A stretch of 64,000 nucleotides of DNA from Candidatus Latescibacterota bacterium (GCA_965198115.1 OZ240241.1:4608001-4672000); one strand, 5' to 3'; numbered from the stretch's first letter, positions 31,485 to 42,802 are shown. The notes: generated from the sequence alone by a model not told the origin. A program made the numbers and translations.

Positions 31485-32369
31485 ATGAGAAGAGAAGTGC
31501 GATGGGAACGCATGTTCCCCGATGAGCTGGAAGCCGCGTTCGAAGAATTCCCAGCGGCGTATCTCGCATACGGTCTGTGTGAGCCGCACGGCCCACAGAA
31601 CGCGCTCGGCAATGACGGCATCCGTTCACACGAAACGCTCATCCTCGTCGCCAAAGAGCACGGGGGCATTGTGTGTCCGCCCTACTACTGGCACTGTCAT
31701 GAAATCGGCGGCTATGCGATGTGGGGAGAGCGCGTGATCGAGAACAAAAGAACCTGGCTGACCGCGATCCCTCCGTGGCACTTTCTGAAAAGCATCTGCT
31801 ACCACATTCGCGCGATGGATGCGCTCGGCTTCAAAGCGACCGTCCTCTTTTCGGGCCATTCCGGACCGCATCGCCAGGACGTACCGATCGTGCTCGATAT
31901 TCTGCAGCATCACGTCGATACGCAGCTATCGCTCTTCATCAGCAGTGGAACTGACCAGGACCATTTCGGAGACGATCTTGGAACAGGCGGTCACGCCGGC
32001 AGGGGTGAAACATCCCAGCTTTGGGCCGTCGCTCCTGATTGCGTCGATCTTTCTCGCATTCCCGACCAGGAGGCGCCGGGACCTCACTTCGCGATGGGCG
32101 GTCATGCTGCGCTGGCCAGTCGACGAGCCGGTGAACGAATGACGGTTGATGTCTCCGACCGCATCGCGTCCAAAGCGCGTGAAGGCGTCGAGGCCTACGA
32201 GAAGAAGCGAGCAACCATCCTGACTTACGGCGATGTCGAAACGATCTGGGCCGAAGAGATCCGGCCGAAGCTTGGGGATTTCGCTTCGCTTCAAGAGCCC
32301 GAGGATGCGCCTGCTGACGATTCGCAGTGGCGTGCGAATTGGTCGGTGCCGGATTTGACAGGGTTGTGA
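31485..32369 (+). CDS. Creatininase family amidohydrolase
   Basis: G.CEPHG, SGH, GHAG..ETS motifs; GAGG RBS. Confidence 0.85.
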   Translation: MRREVRWERMFPDELEAAFEEFPAAYLAYGLCEPHGPQNALGNDGIRSHETLILVAKEHGGIVCPPYYWHCHEIGGYAMWGERVIENKRTWLTAIPPWHFLKSICYHIRAMDALGFKATVLFSGHSGPHRQDVPIVLDILQHHVDTQLSLFISSGTDQDHFGDDLGTGGHAGRGETSQLWAVAPDCVDLSRIPDQEAPGPHFAMGGHAALASRRAGERMTVDVSDRIASKAREGVEAYEKKRATILTYGDVETIWAEEIRPKLGDFASLQEPEDAPADDSQWRANWSVPDLTGL

Positions 32370-32493
32370 AAGGCTCCCTACCGAAACATAGTCCCCGTGC
32401 CTGTCCTGAGCGGAGTCGACGGGCTCCGCACGGGGACACTGTGACTCCATATAATCACCTTTCCTGACAACTGACTTCTGACGACTGCCTTCC

Positions 32494-34230
32494 ATGAAAC
32501 CCAACATCATCTTCATCCTCACCGACGATCAAGGCTATGGGGAACTCGGTTGCCACGGCAATACCGTGATCCGGACGCCCCATCTCGACCGTCTGCACGG
32601 TGAAAGTGTTCGCCTCACGAATTATCACGTCGGCCCGACGTGTGCGCCGACGCGTGCTGGTCTCATGACCGGCCACTTCCACAACAGCACGGGCGTCTGG
32701 CACACCATCGGTGGACGGTCACTCCTCCGTCAGGACGAATACAGCATCGCCGACGCCTTCTCCGATGCGGGCTACCGCACCGGGCTCTTCGGCAAGTGGC
32801 ATCTGGGCGACAACTACCCCTACCGCCCTCAAGATCGCGGCTTCCACGACACCTCTACACACGGCGGCGGCGGTGTCGGCAATACGCCCGACTACTGGGG
32901 CAACAACTACAACGACGATCACTACGCCGTGAACGGCGACTCGACCCCTTTTGAAGGGTACTGCACTGACATCTGGTTCAACGAGGGTCTGAAGTTCATC
33001 GAACGGAACAAAGACCGTCCGTTTCTCTGTTTCATCACCACCAACGCCCCTCACGGCCCCTTCATCGTCGACGACAGCTACAGCCGCCAGTATGACGGGC
33101 AAGTTCCCACGGAAAGCCGCGCCAACTTTTTCGGCATGATCACCTGCATCGACGAGAACGTCGGGGCATTACGACGTCGGATCGACGAGCTCGGCATCGC
33201 CAGCAATACGATCCTCATTTTCGGGACGGATAACGGAACCGCACACGGATGCACCACCGGCGAGGGCCAGTTCATCGAGAACGGATACAACGCGGAGATG
33301 CGCGGTATCAAGGGATCGGAATACGAAGGCGGCCACCGCGTTCCCCTGTTCATCCACTGGCCAGCTGGAGGCTTGACGGAAGGTCGCGACGTATCAGAGC
33401 TGACGGCGAACGTCGATATGATGCCGTCGCTGCTGGATCTGTGTGGTATCGCAACCGATCGCGAGTTCGACGGTGTCAGCATCGCGTCCCTCATGAAGGG
33501 CGACGCTGGCGAATGGCCGGACCGGACACTCGTTACCGACTCCCAGCGTATCACCACACCGGAGAAATGGCGCAAGAGTTCGACGATGACGCAGCTGTGG
33601 CGCCTTGTCAACGGTGAAGAGCTCTACGACATCCAGGCCGATCCCGGCCAGACAACCGATGTGTCAGCCGCCCATCCCGATGTCGTGGCGAGGTTGCGTG
33701 AGGATTACGATCGCTGGTGGGACAAAGTGTCTCAGCAGTTCGACGGCACCGTCCCGATCCCGATCGGCCACGAGGACGAGCCATCGATGCGACTGAACGC
33801 CCACGACTGGCGAAACCCCGAAGCCGAGTGTGCCTGGAACCAGGCACAGGTTCGAGCAGGACACGCGTGCAATGGCTACTGGGAAATCGACGTCGCGGTC
33901 GGGGGAACGTATCGCTTCGAACTGCGACGATGGCCCCGCGAAGAAAATCGACCCATCGTCGCCGGGATCGACGGCGATCTGAAGGGCTACGGCGAGATCA
34001 AGGAAGGCTATGGTGGAGGCGTCGCCCTTGCAGTCACCAGGGCGCGGATCCGGGTCAGCGATTTCGAAGACGAAGCCGACGTCACGTCGGACGACAACGG
34101 CATCGTCTTCACTGCCGAACTGAATCCCGGCGAGACCAACATCCAGACCTGGTTCGACCTCGAGGACGGCTCGTCCGTCGGCGCCTACTACATCTACATC
34201 GACCGGATAACAGCGACCAGGTCGCCTTAA
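32494..34230 (+). CDS. Arylsulfatase (formylglycine-dependent)
   Basis: PNIIFILTDDQG, CAPTRAGLMTG, GKWHLG. Confidence 0.95.
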   Translation: MKPNIIFILTDDQGYGELGCHGNTVIRTPHLDRLHGESVRLTNYHVGPTCAPTRAGLMTGHFHNSTGVWHTIGGRSLLRQDEYSIADAFSDAGYRTGLFGKWHLGDNYPYRPQDRGFHDTSTHGGGGVGNTPDYWGNNYNDDHYAVNGDSTPFEGYCTDIWFNEGLKFIERNKDRPFLCFITTNAPHGPFIVDDSYSRQYDGQVPTESRANFFGMITCIDENVGALRRRIDELGIASNTILIFGTDNGTAHGCTTGEGQFIENGYNAEMRGIKGSEYEGGHRVPLFIHWPAGGLTEGRDVSELTANVDMMPSLLDLCGIATDREFDGVSIASLMKGDAGEWPDRTLVTDSQRITTPEKWRKSSTMTQLWRLVNGEELYDIQADPGQTTDVSAAHPDVVARLREDYDRWWDKVSQQFDGTVPIPIGHEDEPSMRLNAHDWRNPEAECAWNQAQVRAGHACNGYWEIDVAVGGTYRFELRRWPREENRPIVAGIDGDLKGYGEIKEGYGGGVALAVTRARIRVSDFEDEADVTSDDNGIVFTAELNPGETNIQTWFDLEDGSSVGAYYIYIDRITATRSP

Positions 34231-34248
34231 GAGAGAGAGGAAGAGTAC

Positions 34249-34340
34249 TGTCATCCCGGCAATTCTCAGGCCGGGATCCATTTTCGCTTCGGTCTTTCAA
34301 TGAAAGATGGACCCCGGCCAAAAAGCGTACCGGGGTGACA
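34249..34340. repeat. Palindromic interspersed repeat (TGTCATCCCGG...CCGGGGTGACA)
   Basis: Two internal hairpins; related copy at 42706-42802. Confidence 0.8.
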
Positions 34341-34394
34341 ATGCGTAGTCGCAGTCGCTCACGTTGCTCATTGGTTGTAGCCTGATAGGAAGAG

Positions 34395-35429
34395 ATGCTC
34401 CCTATTCGCTTCGCCATCATCGGCGCGGGAATGATCAGCCAGCTCCACGCTCGCGTTATTCAGGACCTCGCTGACGCGGAGCTCGTCGCCGTTTGCTCAC
34501 GAGACCACGGGCGAGCGAAGTCCATCACCGACGCCTTCGCTGGAGATCCGACCACCGATCTCGACGCGCTGTTCGCACGCGACGATATTGACGCCGTTTC
34601 CGTCTGCACCGCCAGCGGCGAACACGCCGCGTTCGGTATACCCGCGGCCGAGGCGGGCAAACACGTCCTGGTCGAGAAACCCATCGAGATCCATCTCGAC
34701 CGGGCTGATGCACTCATCGATGCCTGCGATCGGAACGGGGTCAAGCTGGGTGTGATCTTCCAGCTTCGCTTCCTCGACGATTCCGTTGAAGTCAGACAGG
34801 CGATCGACCGCGGTTTTCTCGGTAACCCCGTGATGGCCGACTGCTACATGAAATTCTACCGTCCACAGGAGTACTACAGCGACTCTCGATGGAAGGGTAC
34901 TCAGGCCCTCGACGGTGGAGGCGCTTTGATCAACCAGGGCATCCATGGCCTTGATCTCTTGCTCCATCTCGCCGGTGACATCGCGTCCGTTCAGGCTTAC
35001 ACCGACGTAAGGGCCCACGAGAACATAGAAGTCGAAGACACGTGCGTTGCCGCGGTCAAATACACGAACGGAGCACTCGGCGTCATCCAGGCGACCACTT
35101 CAATCCACCCTGACTTTCAGCAGCGCATCGAGCTCCACGGGTCGGAAGGTACGATCATCCTGGAAGGCACGGAAGATGTCTGGATCAATCATTGGGAAAC
35201 ATTCAAGGATGGGGCTCGACAGATCGAAGAACGGGCTCCGGTCGAGCACTCCGCCGCCGCGGTTCTCGAAGAGGGCGGAAAGGGCCACGTCCGCCAGATT
35301 CTGGACTTCGTCAATGCCATTCGCGATGATCGGGAGCCCCTCGTCAACGGGGCGGAAGGAAGACGATCACTAGCCGTTGTCCGAGCCATCTACGAATCTG
35401 CGGCGCAAGGGAAGGAAGTCACGTTGTAG
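34395..35429 (+). CDS. Gfo/Idh/MocA oxidoreductase
   Basis: IIGAGMI, GKHVLVEKP, GGGALINQGIH..D. Confidence 0.95.
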   Translation: MLPIRFAIIGAGMISQLHARVIQDLADAELVAVCSRDHGRAKSITDAFAGDPTTDLDALFARDDIDAVSVCTASGEHAAFGIPAAEAGKHVLVEKPIEIHLDRADALIDACDRNGVKLGVIFQLRFLDDSVEVRQAIDRGFLGNPVMADCYMKFYRPQEYYSDSRWKGTQALDGGGALINQGIHGLDLLLHLAGDIASVQAYTDVRAHENIEVEDTCVAAVKYTNGALGVIQATTSIHPDFQQRIELHGSEGTIILEGTEDVWINHWETFKDGARQIEERAPVEHSAAAVLEEGGKGHVRQILDFVNAIRDDREPLVNGAEGRRSLAVVRAIYESAAQGKEVTL

Positions 35430-35462
35430 GAGACGAAGACACGTAGTCGCTGAAATCACCGA

Positions 35463-35490
35463 GTAGGGCCACGGCATGCCGTGGCCCTAC
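35463..35490. repeat. REP-like perfect 28-bp palindrome
   Basis: GTAGGGCCACGGCATGCCGTGGCCCTAC. Confidence 0.85.
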
Positions 35491-35518
35491 GATGGCGCAT
35501 CACACACGAGGAGAAAAC

Positions 35519-36064
35519 ATGGTCGTTGTTTTCGAAGATTCATTCACAGACAGCCTCGGCGAGGGTTGGTCGTGGATCCGTGAGCACGAGGGCTTTTGGC
35601 GTATTGCAGATGGCGGCGGGCTGGAAATCCGCGTCGAGCCAGGCGTGAAGGACACGGTTCTGAACGCTCTGCTACGCTCGGCACCACCCCGTCCGTATAC
35701 CGTTGAAATGACGATCACGAATCATACGCACCCGACGACGCAGTATGAGCAGGCAGGGATCACCCTCTACAACAATGGGGAACCGGTGTTTAAGGAGGTC
35801 AAGGAGATGATCGACGGAGACCTTTACATCATCCCGGGCAAAAAACCGATGCCCGCCGATTCCGTGCGCCTCCGTTTAAAGGTGTCATCAGAAGGATGGG
35901 AAGCCCAGTTTCGTCCTGGTGGAGCGACCGATTTCGAAACAGCCGCCGCGGGCGAACTTGCACCGGAGCAGAACGATCAGATCAGCGTGCAATGCTACAA
36001 CGGCCCTGAGGAGGGCGAACATTGGATTCGCTTTGAGGACTTTCAGATTACCTCGGGAGACTGA
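35519..36064 (+). CDS. Beta-sandwich (DUF1349/ConA-like) hypothetical protein
   Basis: F.D.F...L..GWSWIRE, QYEQAGI, W.RFEDF; GAGGAG RBS. Confidence 0.65.
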   Translation: MVVVFEDSFTDSLGEGWSWIREHEGFWRIADGGGLEIRVEPGVKDTVLNALLRSAPPRPYTVEMTITNHTHPTTQYEQAGITLYNNGEPVFKEVKEMIDGDLYIIPGKKPMPADSVRLRLKVSSEGWEAQFRPGGATDFETAAAGELAPEQNDQISVQCYNGPEEGEHWIRFEDFQITSGD

Positions 36065-36066
36065 AG

Positions 36067-37434
36067 ATGATCGATGTTGGGACCAAACGTCAGCTGCTTC
36101 TGGACGATCTCTTTTTCGACTCGATGGACGGCGTTGAGCTCGTCGCGCACGAACCGACAAGGCGCGAAGTATCCGTCGAAAGCGATCGATCGTGGGAGTC
36201 GGGAGGAGTTCACTACTCGAGCGTCGTTCAGGACGGTGATCGATTCCGGATGTGGTATCGCGCGGATACGGGTGGCGATCCGAACAGTGCGATCGATTCG
36301 GAGTCCTGGATCTGCTATGCGGAGAGCACGGATGGGATCGCGTGGGAAAAGCCAAACCTCGGCATCGTGAAGTCCGTGGAGAACGGGAAAAACAACATTC
36401 TGTTTCCTGATAAAGCCTCCGGCATCAACCCGTGCGTCATCCTCGATCCATCCGCATCGGACCACGAGCGCTACAAGATGATCACACGCGGTTCCGGACC
36501 CGCCCACGTTCTCGGCTACACCTCCGCCGACGGAATCGAGTGGCAACCGATAGCAGAGAATCCACTGCTATCCGAACCAGGTCCGTTCGACAGTCACAAC
36601 GTGCTCGTCTACGACGACGAAGCGGATCGATATGTCGTTTTCTGCCGTGGGGTCGACACAAATCGGCGGGGAAATTTCAAGGACGGTATCCGCGCCATCC
36701 GTCGCGCCGAGTCCAAGGACTTCCACGCGTGGTCCGACATGAAAATCGTCGTGACCGCCGATGAGAACGACCCGACCGATCTACACCTCTACACCAACGC
36801 GGCCTACCGTTATACACGGGCTCAACGCGCCTGGATGATGTTCCCGATGATCTTGTATGTCGATCGCGAGGGGGACGCCAACAGTTATCCCGGGCTCTCG
36901 GATGCCCAATTCGTCGTCAGCCGCGACGGTGTCACCTGGGACCGTCGATTCAGACGTCCGTTCCTCTCACCCGGGCGGGATGTGCGAGACTGGGTCGACC
37001 GCAACCCGATCGTCGGCATCGGAATGCTCCAAACGGCACCCGACGAACTCTCCCTCTACTACTCCGAGCTTCTGCGGTGCGATGACTGTCGCTTCAGCCG
37101 GTGCACGATCCGAACAGATGGGTTTGTGTCCGCACGGGGCCCCTACGACCGGTGGGGTGAATTCACGTCACCACCACTCGAGACAGCCGGACAGGGCCTC
37201 GAAGTCAACTACAAGACGACGGGGGGCGGCGTCATGGACGTCAAAATCCAGGACGCCAACGGTAACCCTCTCCCCGGTTTCTCATTCGAGGACTGCGACA
37301 CCCTTTTCGGCGACCTCATCGACGCGACCGTGACGTGGAACGGCAAAAACCGTTTCAGCCCTTCAGGCAAGGCCACCAGACTTCACATCCGACTCAGAGA
37401 CGCCGACCTCTTCGCCTTCCGCTTTATCCCTTGA
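36067..37434 (+). CDS. Five-bladed beta-propeller glycoside hydrolase-like protein
   Basis: FRMWY, YAESTDGIAWEKP.LG, S.DGI.W, SRDGVTW Asp-box-like repeats, R.DGFVS. Confidence 0.75.
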   Translation: MIDVGTKRQLLLDDLFFDSMDGVELVAHEPTRREVSVESDRSWESGGVHYSSVVQDGDRFRMWYRADTGGDPNSAIDSESWICYAESTDGIAWEKPNLGIVKSVENGKNNILFPDKASGINPCVILDPSASDHERYKMITRGSGPAHVLGYTSADGIEWQPIAENPLLSEPGPFDSHNVLVYDDEADRYVVFCRGVDTNRRGNFKDGIRAIRRAESKDFHAWSDMKIVVTADENDPTDLHLYTNAAYRYTRAQRAWMMFPMILYVDREGDANSYPGLSDAQFVVSRDGVTWDRRFRRPFLSPGRDVRDWVDRNPIVGIGMLQTAPDELSLYYSELLRCDDCRFSRCTIRTDGFVSARGPYDRWGEFTSPPLETAGQGLEVNYKTTGGGVMDVKIQDANGNPLPGFSFEDCDTLFGDLIDATVTWNGKNRFSPSGKATRLHIRLRDADLFAFRFIP

Positions 37435-37448
37435 TCACCTCACGGAGG

Positions 37449-38869
37449 GGCTATATCCGGATCTCTCAACGAGCTGAAGTGGGTGAAGGTGCCGTGGTTC
37501 CTGGCATGGGGGCGCGGTTAGCGTGTGCGGAACCTCTTCGGAATCTGCTCAGGGATGTTTATGTCTCCGACGGTAAGGAAGATCATATCGTTGAATGCGT
37601 CGAGTGTGCGGAATCCGCTGGCTCGGTTCTTGACGATTTGGACGATTCGGTTGAGGCCTTCGGCGATGGCGTTGGTAAGACGCGTGTTCACGAATGCGAG
37701 GACGCCGAAGAAGTGCTGTCGCAGGGTCCTGACGAACTTTCGCAGGGGTTCAAGTCGACTTCTGAGTGCGGACGTCGTCCAGCATTTCAGGAAGCGTTCG
37801 GCAGCCCAGGGCGCTTTGTATTCCCAGAACTGCTCGAACTCGTCCTTGAGTCTCCAGGCTCTATAGATTCGGTAGTTCGCCTTCTCCAGTGCTTTGAGTG
37901 TCCGAGTATCCCCTCTGGAGCGTGTCGCTGAGTGCCGGTAGAGGAGCCATCGGAGGCCCTTCATGGCTTTGCGCTCATCCGGGGCAGCTTTACGCCACTG
38001 GTCCTTACGGACCTCGTCAACGGCGACATTGAGAGCCTTGACGATGTGAAAGCGATCGAGGACCAGCTTGGCATTCGGACAGTGTTCCTGGATGGCTCCG
38101 ATGTAAGCTTCGCTCATGTCGCAGCAGGCCCCACTCGATCTTGGATCTCTGGTAGGGACTGAGAGCCTCTGTGAAGAACCGATCGATCGTTTTACGCGCC
38201 CTGCCGCGGCCAACCCACACCACGCAGGAGCGGTCCAGATCGTAAACGAGCGTGGCGTACCTGTGACGCTTGGCGTAGGAGATCTCGTCGATCCCGATGG
38301 TTTTGAGCCCTCGGATACGATGACCTTCACGAAGCCGCGTGATGGATCGGTGAAGGAGATCCGACAGCGTCGAGGCAGAGATGCGCAGTAACTCGGACGC
38401 CGCCTTCTGCGTCATGGTCTGGCAGTAGCGCAGCATGGCATACTCGAAGCGATACGTCACCCGAGAGAACCGCTCCGCCCACGGAATCTCCTCGACCACA
38501 CGACCGTGGGTAGGACACCGAATCTCCCGAGGATGGTAGAGAAGCCAGACCCTCCACCCGCACACCGGAATGTCACGCCACCGACGCGGATGGGGCATTG
38601 TGCGGACGATTTTACCTCGACGGCCGCACTCCGGACAACAACAACCATTCTTATGGGGCTTTACGGCGATGACGAAGCAGCTTCTCCCCTCAAACCACCA
38701 GCTGACAACACGGAACCCCTTGAATCTCAGCAGTTCCGATAGTAATCTGCTCCCGGTCATAGGTCGCACCCCCTTCGCTTTGATTGTCCTACACACACAA
38801 CCAAGCGTAGGGAACGATCTATGACCTTGTCATTCTATAGTTTCACCGTTGAGAAACCCGGATAGAGCC
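37449..38869 (-). mobile_element. ISL3-family element (1421 bp), transposase frameshifted at about 38130
   Basis: TIRs GGCTCTATCCGG..CTCAACG / GGCTATATCCGG..CTCAACG; 8-bp TSD CACGGAGG; DRFHIV, TNAIAEGLN. Confidence 0.95.
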
Positions 38870-38995
38870 CACGGAGGTGCCCCGCTCATCCCGAGTGCCG
38901 GACTCAGGAAAGCGTTCTACCAGGTCGTTGCCGGATGCTCTTTGATCCGGTGTTCGAGGGACGCACGGGGACTATCCATCCAGCGCTCCGAACCC

Positions 38996-40360
38996 ATGCC
39001 GCATTCGATCCCCCTAACCATTCCAGATACCATCTCCCGCTTCGACGAGAGATCTCACCTCCGAACGGTTGACCCGACAGTGCCTCGATCGCATCGCTGA
39101 ATCCCAGAACCTCCTGAATGCCTTCGCTCTCGTGACAGAGGATCTCGCGATCGCAAGCGCCCGTGCTGCAGATGAGCGAAGGGCGAAGGGAGAATCCCTC
39201 GGTCCGCTCGACGGCATTCCCATCGGGGTCAAGGATCTGTTCGACCTCGAAGGCGTGCCTACGGCCGGCGGATGCCGCGCATACGCGAAAGATGTTGCAG
39301 CGAAGGACTCGAATGTCTGCGCGCGTCTGAAGGCAGCCGGCGCCGTCATCGTCGGTAAGACCACGACCCCCGAGTTGGCGTGCGGCTTCGAAACGATGTC
39401 CGACCTTCACGGAGTCACAACGAATCCGTGGGGGCCGAATCTCTCACCCCGAGGATCATCGGGCGGTTCGGCCGTCGCCGTTGCAGCCGGTCTGGCGATA
39501 GGGGCAATCGGAACGGATACGGGTGGGTCGGTACGGGGTCCAGCAGCTTGGTGTGGGTGGTGGGGTATGTGCCGTCATTCGGACTCATCGGACGTTCGGG
39601 CGTGCACCACTTCTCGACATCGCTCGACCACGTCGGGTTCTACGGTCGCTGTGTCGACGATGTTGCCTTCCAGTTCGATGCACTGGTAGGAAGAGATCCA
39701 GAGGATCCAGCCAGCCAGGACCCTCCGGACGCGTCGCTGTTGGAAAGGGTCCGGCCCGATGTCTCAGACCTCAGAATCGGTGTCATACGATCGGTAACAG
39801 AGTCTGCCGACAAGGAGGTCCGTCCATCCTTCGAACTGTCCTTATCCCATCTCGAGGCGCTTGGCGCACGCCTCAGCGACATCGAGCCCTTCGAAGGCAT
39901 CGAGCTCGAGCATCCGATCGTAAATGCCGAATATGCGTCGAAGCACGGCGACCGGGTGAAACGGACACCAGAACTATTCGGGGCAAGGGTCCGACGACAC
40001 CTGGAACGTGGGCTCGAGGTCCCTGAATCGGTTTATCGAGAAGGTCTCGAACACCGCGCCTCTTTGCAGACAGAGGTCGAGCGCCGGATCGATGGCATGG
40101 ACGCAGTCGTCTGCCCGACAAGCCTCACGCTACCGAAACCACACGGAGAAGACGATCGGGCCAAGCAAGACGCCAACGTGACGATCCCCTTCAACATCGC
40201 CCGTCTCTCGATAATCGCCATTCCTAACGGCCTGTCTGACGGCCTGCCCACCTCACTGATGATCGGGGCCCGCAACGGACGGGACGAAGTCGTATTGGCC
40301 GTCGCCCGTGCGCTTCAAGGTGTAACTGACCATCACTTGAACTTGCCCCCGATGCTTTGA
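38996..40360 (+). CDS. Amidase signature family protein (frameshifts near 39040 and 39560)
   Basis: GIPIGVKD, GSSGGSA.AVA, GTDTGGSVR.PA. Confidence 0.88.
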
Positions 40361-40366
40361 AAGCCC

Positions 40367-40806
40367 ATGCCTTCAACAGCCGTCAAAGCACTTGGAGAAA
40401 TTGCGCTACGGGTCAACGACCTTCCTGGAATGCGAGCGTTTTATTCGGAGACGTTCGGCCTCGAACTGATGGGCGATCATTCTGAGCACCACGCCTTCTT
40501 CAAGATCGCAGAGGGCTACGCAGAGCACACCGCCGTCCTCGCGCTGTTCCATCGTGACGTGGAGGTCAGCGCAGAACGCACGACGGTCGATCACATCGCG
40601 TTTACGATCGACCTGACTGACTACGAAACGGAAAAGGAGAGATTGGAGTCACTCGGTCTGGAGGTCCCGGACAGCCGAGCACGCTTGGGTTCAATGGCGA
40701 TCGCTTTACGTAGACGACCCCGAAGGCAATACCGTGGAGCTCGTCTGTTTCGATCCAAACATCGAAAAGGGTAATGCCTTCCAACAGGACGATGCCCAAA
40801 CAGTAA
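40367..40806 (+). CDS. VOC/glyoxalase family protein (frameshift near 40665)
   Basis: GEIALRV.DL..M..FY, DHIAF, then SLYVDDPEGNTVEL in the shifted frame. Confidence 0.85.
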
Positions 40807-40835
40807 CGCCCCCACACAGACGAGTGCGGGGGCGT
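40806..40835. terminator. Hairpin between convergent genes
   Basis: ACGCCCCC...GGGGGCGT; no clear T-tract. Confidence 0.5.
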
Positions 40836-40859
40836 ACTACATTGCTTGATCGGTGACGA

Positions 40860-41627
40860 TCAATGCGCTTCGACAGGGACGCCCTCCAACAGTCCTTTCT
40901 CGTACATATCGTTCCACGAATCCAGGAAGACCTTGTTCCACTGCTCCGTCAGCGGATGCTCGAGCATGTCACGATAGACCGTCCACATCGTCACCAGCTC
41001 ATCCGCGCCGTCCCGGAAAGCGGCGTGAGCAGTTTCCACCGATCGAACCAGCGCCGCCATCACGAACGGGCGATGGGCCCAACCCTTGAACATCTGCGCG
41101 CATTCTCGAATCAGCTGGGTCGGATCGCCACCCACCTGCTTCACCGGATCGCAGAAGGGCAGGATGTGATCGACGCCGGCCTGAGCCACCGCGGCCGCCT
41201 GCGTCAACGAAAAGACCGTCGTGCAGAACGTCTCGACCCCTTCGTCCTTCAGGATCGCGAAGGCTCTCAGCCCGTTCGCCGAACACGGGATCTTCAGAAT
41301 GATCTGATCGGAGAGGTCCGTGAACACCTTTCCAACAGCACGCAGCTCGTCGATTGTGTGTCCATCGATCTCCACCACGATCGGCTTGTCCGTCATTTCC
41401 AGATACTTTTCAACGACCTTGATCGCGGATCCGTGATTCTGGGCATATTCGTTGTGAACCACCGTGTTCAAAACGATACCCGCAATACCCATGGGCATCC
41501 AATCCTTCAAGTCGTTCGGGTCGCCGGCAAGCCAGATCGTCGGCCCTCTCCCTTCGCTGCGGGTGGCTGGCACGCGTCCTATCACGGCGGCCGAGCCGTT
41601 CGATTTCGTGATTCGTTCAGTTGCCAT
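40860..41627 (-). CDS. Transaldolase/fructose-6-phosphate aldolase family, divergent
   Basis: IILKIP (Schiff-base Lys), T.VFS..QA...A.AG, GAD..T, HPLT. Confidence 0.85.
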   Translation of the reverse strand: MATERITKSNGSAAVIGRVPATRSEGRGPTIWLAGDPNDLKDWMPMGIAGIVLNTVVHNEYAQNHGSAIKVVEKYLEMTDKPIVVEIDGHTIDELRAVGKVFTDLSDQIILKIPCSANGLRAFAILKDEGVETFCTTVFSLTQAAAVAQAGVDHILPFCDPVKQVGGDPTQLIRECAQMFKGWAHRPFVMAALVRSVETAHAAFRDGADELVTMWTVYRDMLEHPLTEQWNKVFLDSWNDMYEKGLLEGVPVEAH

Positions 41628-41803
41628 ATCTGTTTCCTCCTGGATCGTCAGGTTGCGTACATACTAATACCGCACCCGATATTCTCAAGGAGAAAATGCA
41701 CGACGGCAGAGAAAGACACCCCATTACTTGGCTGGCAACGTGGAACTCTGGAGCGAACAAGAAACCGACAAGCCATCGAGCTCCGCTTCCTATCTTAGTC
41801 ATC

Positions 41804-42520
41804 GTGACCGACCTTGACCAGGTATCCCGATTCATCGACAACTACGACGTCATCCTGCTCGATCAGGGCCGAACCTTCATGTTTGACCTCGATCGCTTCG
41901 CGCCCGATGAGGACTTCGGAGCCGTCTACACCCGTCTCGGGGGGAGGGATCTGACCTCCAGAGTCGTGCAGGACATCGTGTGTCGAACCCTCGAGCGGCT
42001 GAAATCCGCATATGTCGATCCAGAACGCTACGATGACGTCCCAACCGCGGAGGAAGCTGTTGCCTTGACGGCCCCCGATCTGGCACGTGCCGAGCGCAGA
42101 CGGTTGGCCGACATCGTGGGCGTTCAGGAAGTCGGAACAATCTCCGACGAACACGTCGCGATCATCCGCAATCTGGCCGAAACGCATCGACTCGGCATCG
42201 TGTCCAATGTCTGGGGACCTTCGCGCTTCTTCGAGGACAACCTGGCACAACGGGGCATCCTCGATTGCTTCGACGTTCGCATTTGGTCGTCCGATCACCG
42301 CTGCGTCAAACCCAGCCACCGACTTTTCAAGCATGCTCTGAAACTGTTCAACGTGCCGCCGGACAGAATCGTCTACGTGGGGGACGATCCGGAACGGGAC
42401 GTCCCGCCCAGCAAAGCCATGGGTATGGGCGCCGTGTGGATCGACAACGGCACGCGCGACCAACCATCCACCATTCCGGACTTCGTCATATCCGATCTGA
42501 GCGAGCTGCCAGATGCCTGA
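41804..42520 (+). CDS. HAD-like hydrolase
   Basis: ILLD, GIVSN, KP, YVGDD..RD....KAMGM. Confidence 0.85.
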   Translation: MTDLDQVSRFIDNYDVILLDQGRTFMFDLDRFAPDEDFGAVYTRLGGRDLTSRVVQDIVCRTLERLKSAYVDPERYDDVPTAEEAVALTAPDLARAERRRLADIVGVQEVGTISDEHVAIIRNLAETHRLGIVSNVWGPSRFFEDNLAQRGILDCFDVRIWSSDHRCVKPSHRLFKHALKLFNVPPDRIVYVGDDPERDVPPSKAMGMGAVWIDNGTRDQPSTIPDFVISDLSELPDA

Positions 42521-42705
42521 AAGTCACGACGTCGACAGATGTTGAAGGATCGAGATACGTCGTGACCAGCACATATGTGGTACAGGGAGGGACCTGCTAG
42601 CATAGAGCACTCTCTAGCGAGATCGTTGCATTCAGCATTCTCAATCACGATCCTTAGCCCTGGTAGTGAGGAGACAACACCGAATGTCAGCCAGAGCGGA
42701 AACAT

Positions 42706-42802
42706 TGTCACCCCGGTTCAGTACTTAACCGGGGCTCATTTTGACTTTCGGGAAGGACAGGGTAGAAAATGGATCCCGGCTCAGAGGACTACCGGGATGA
42801 CA
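42706..42802. repeat. Palindromic interspersed repeat, same family as 34249
   Basis: TGTCACCCCGG...ATGGATCCCGG...CCGGGATGACA. Confidence 0.8.
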
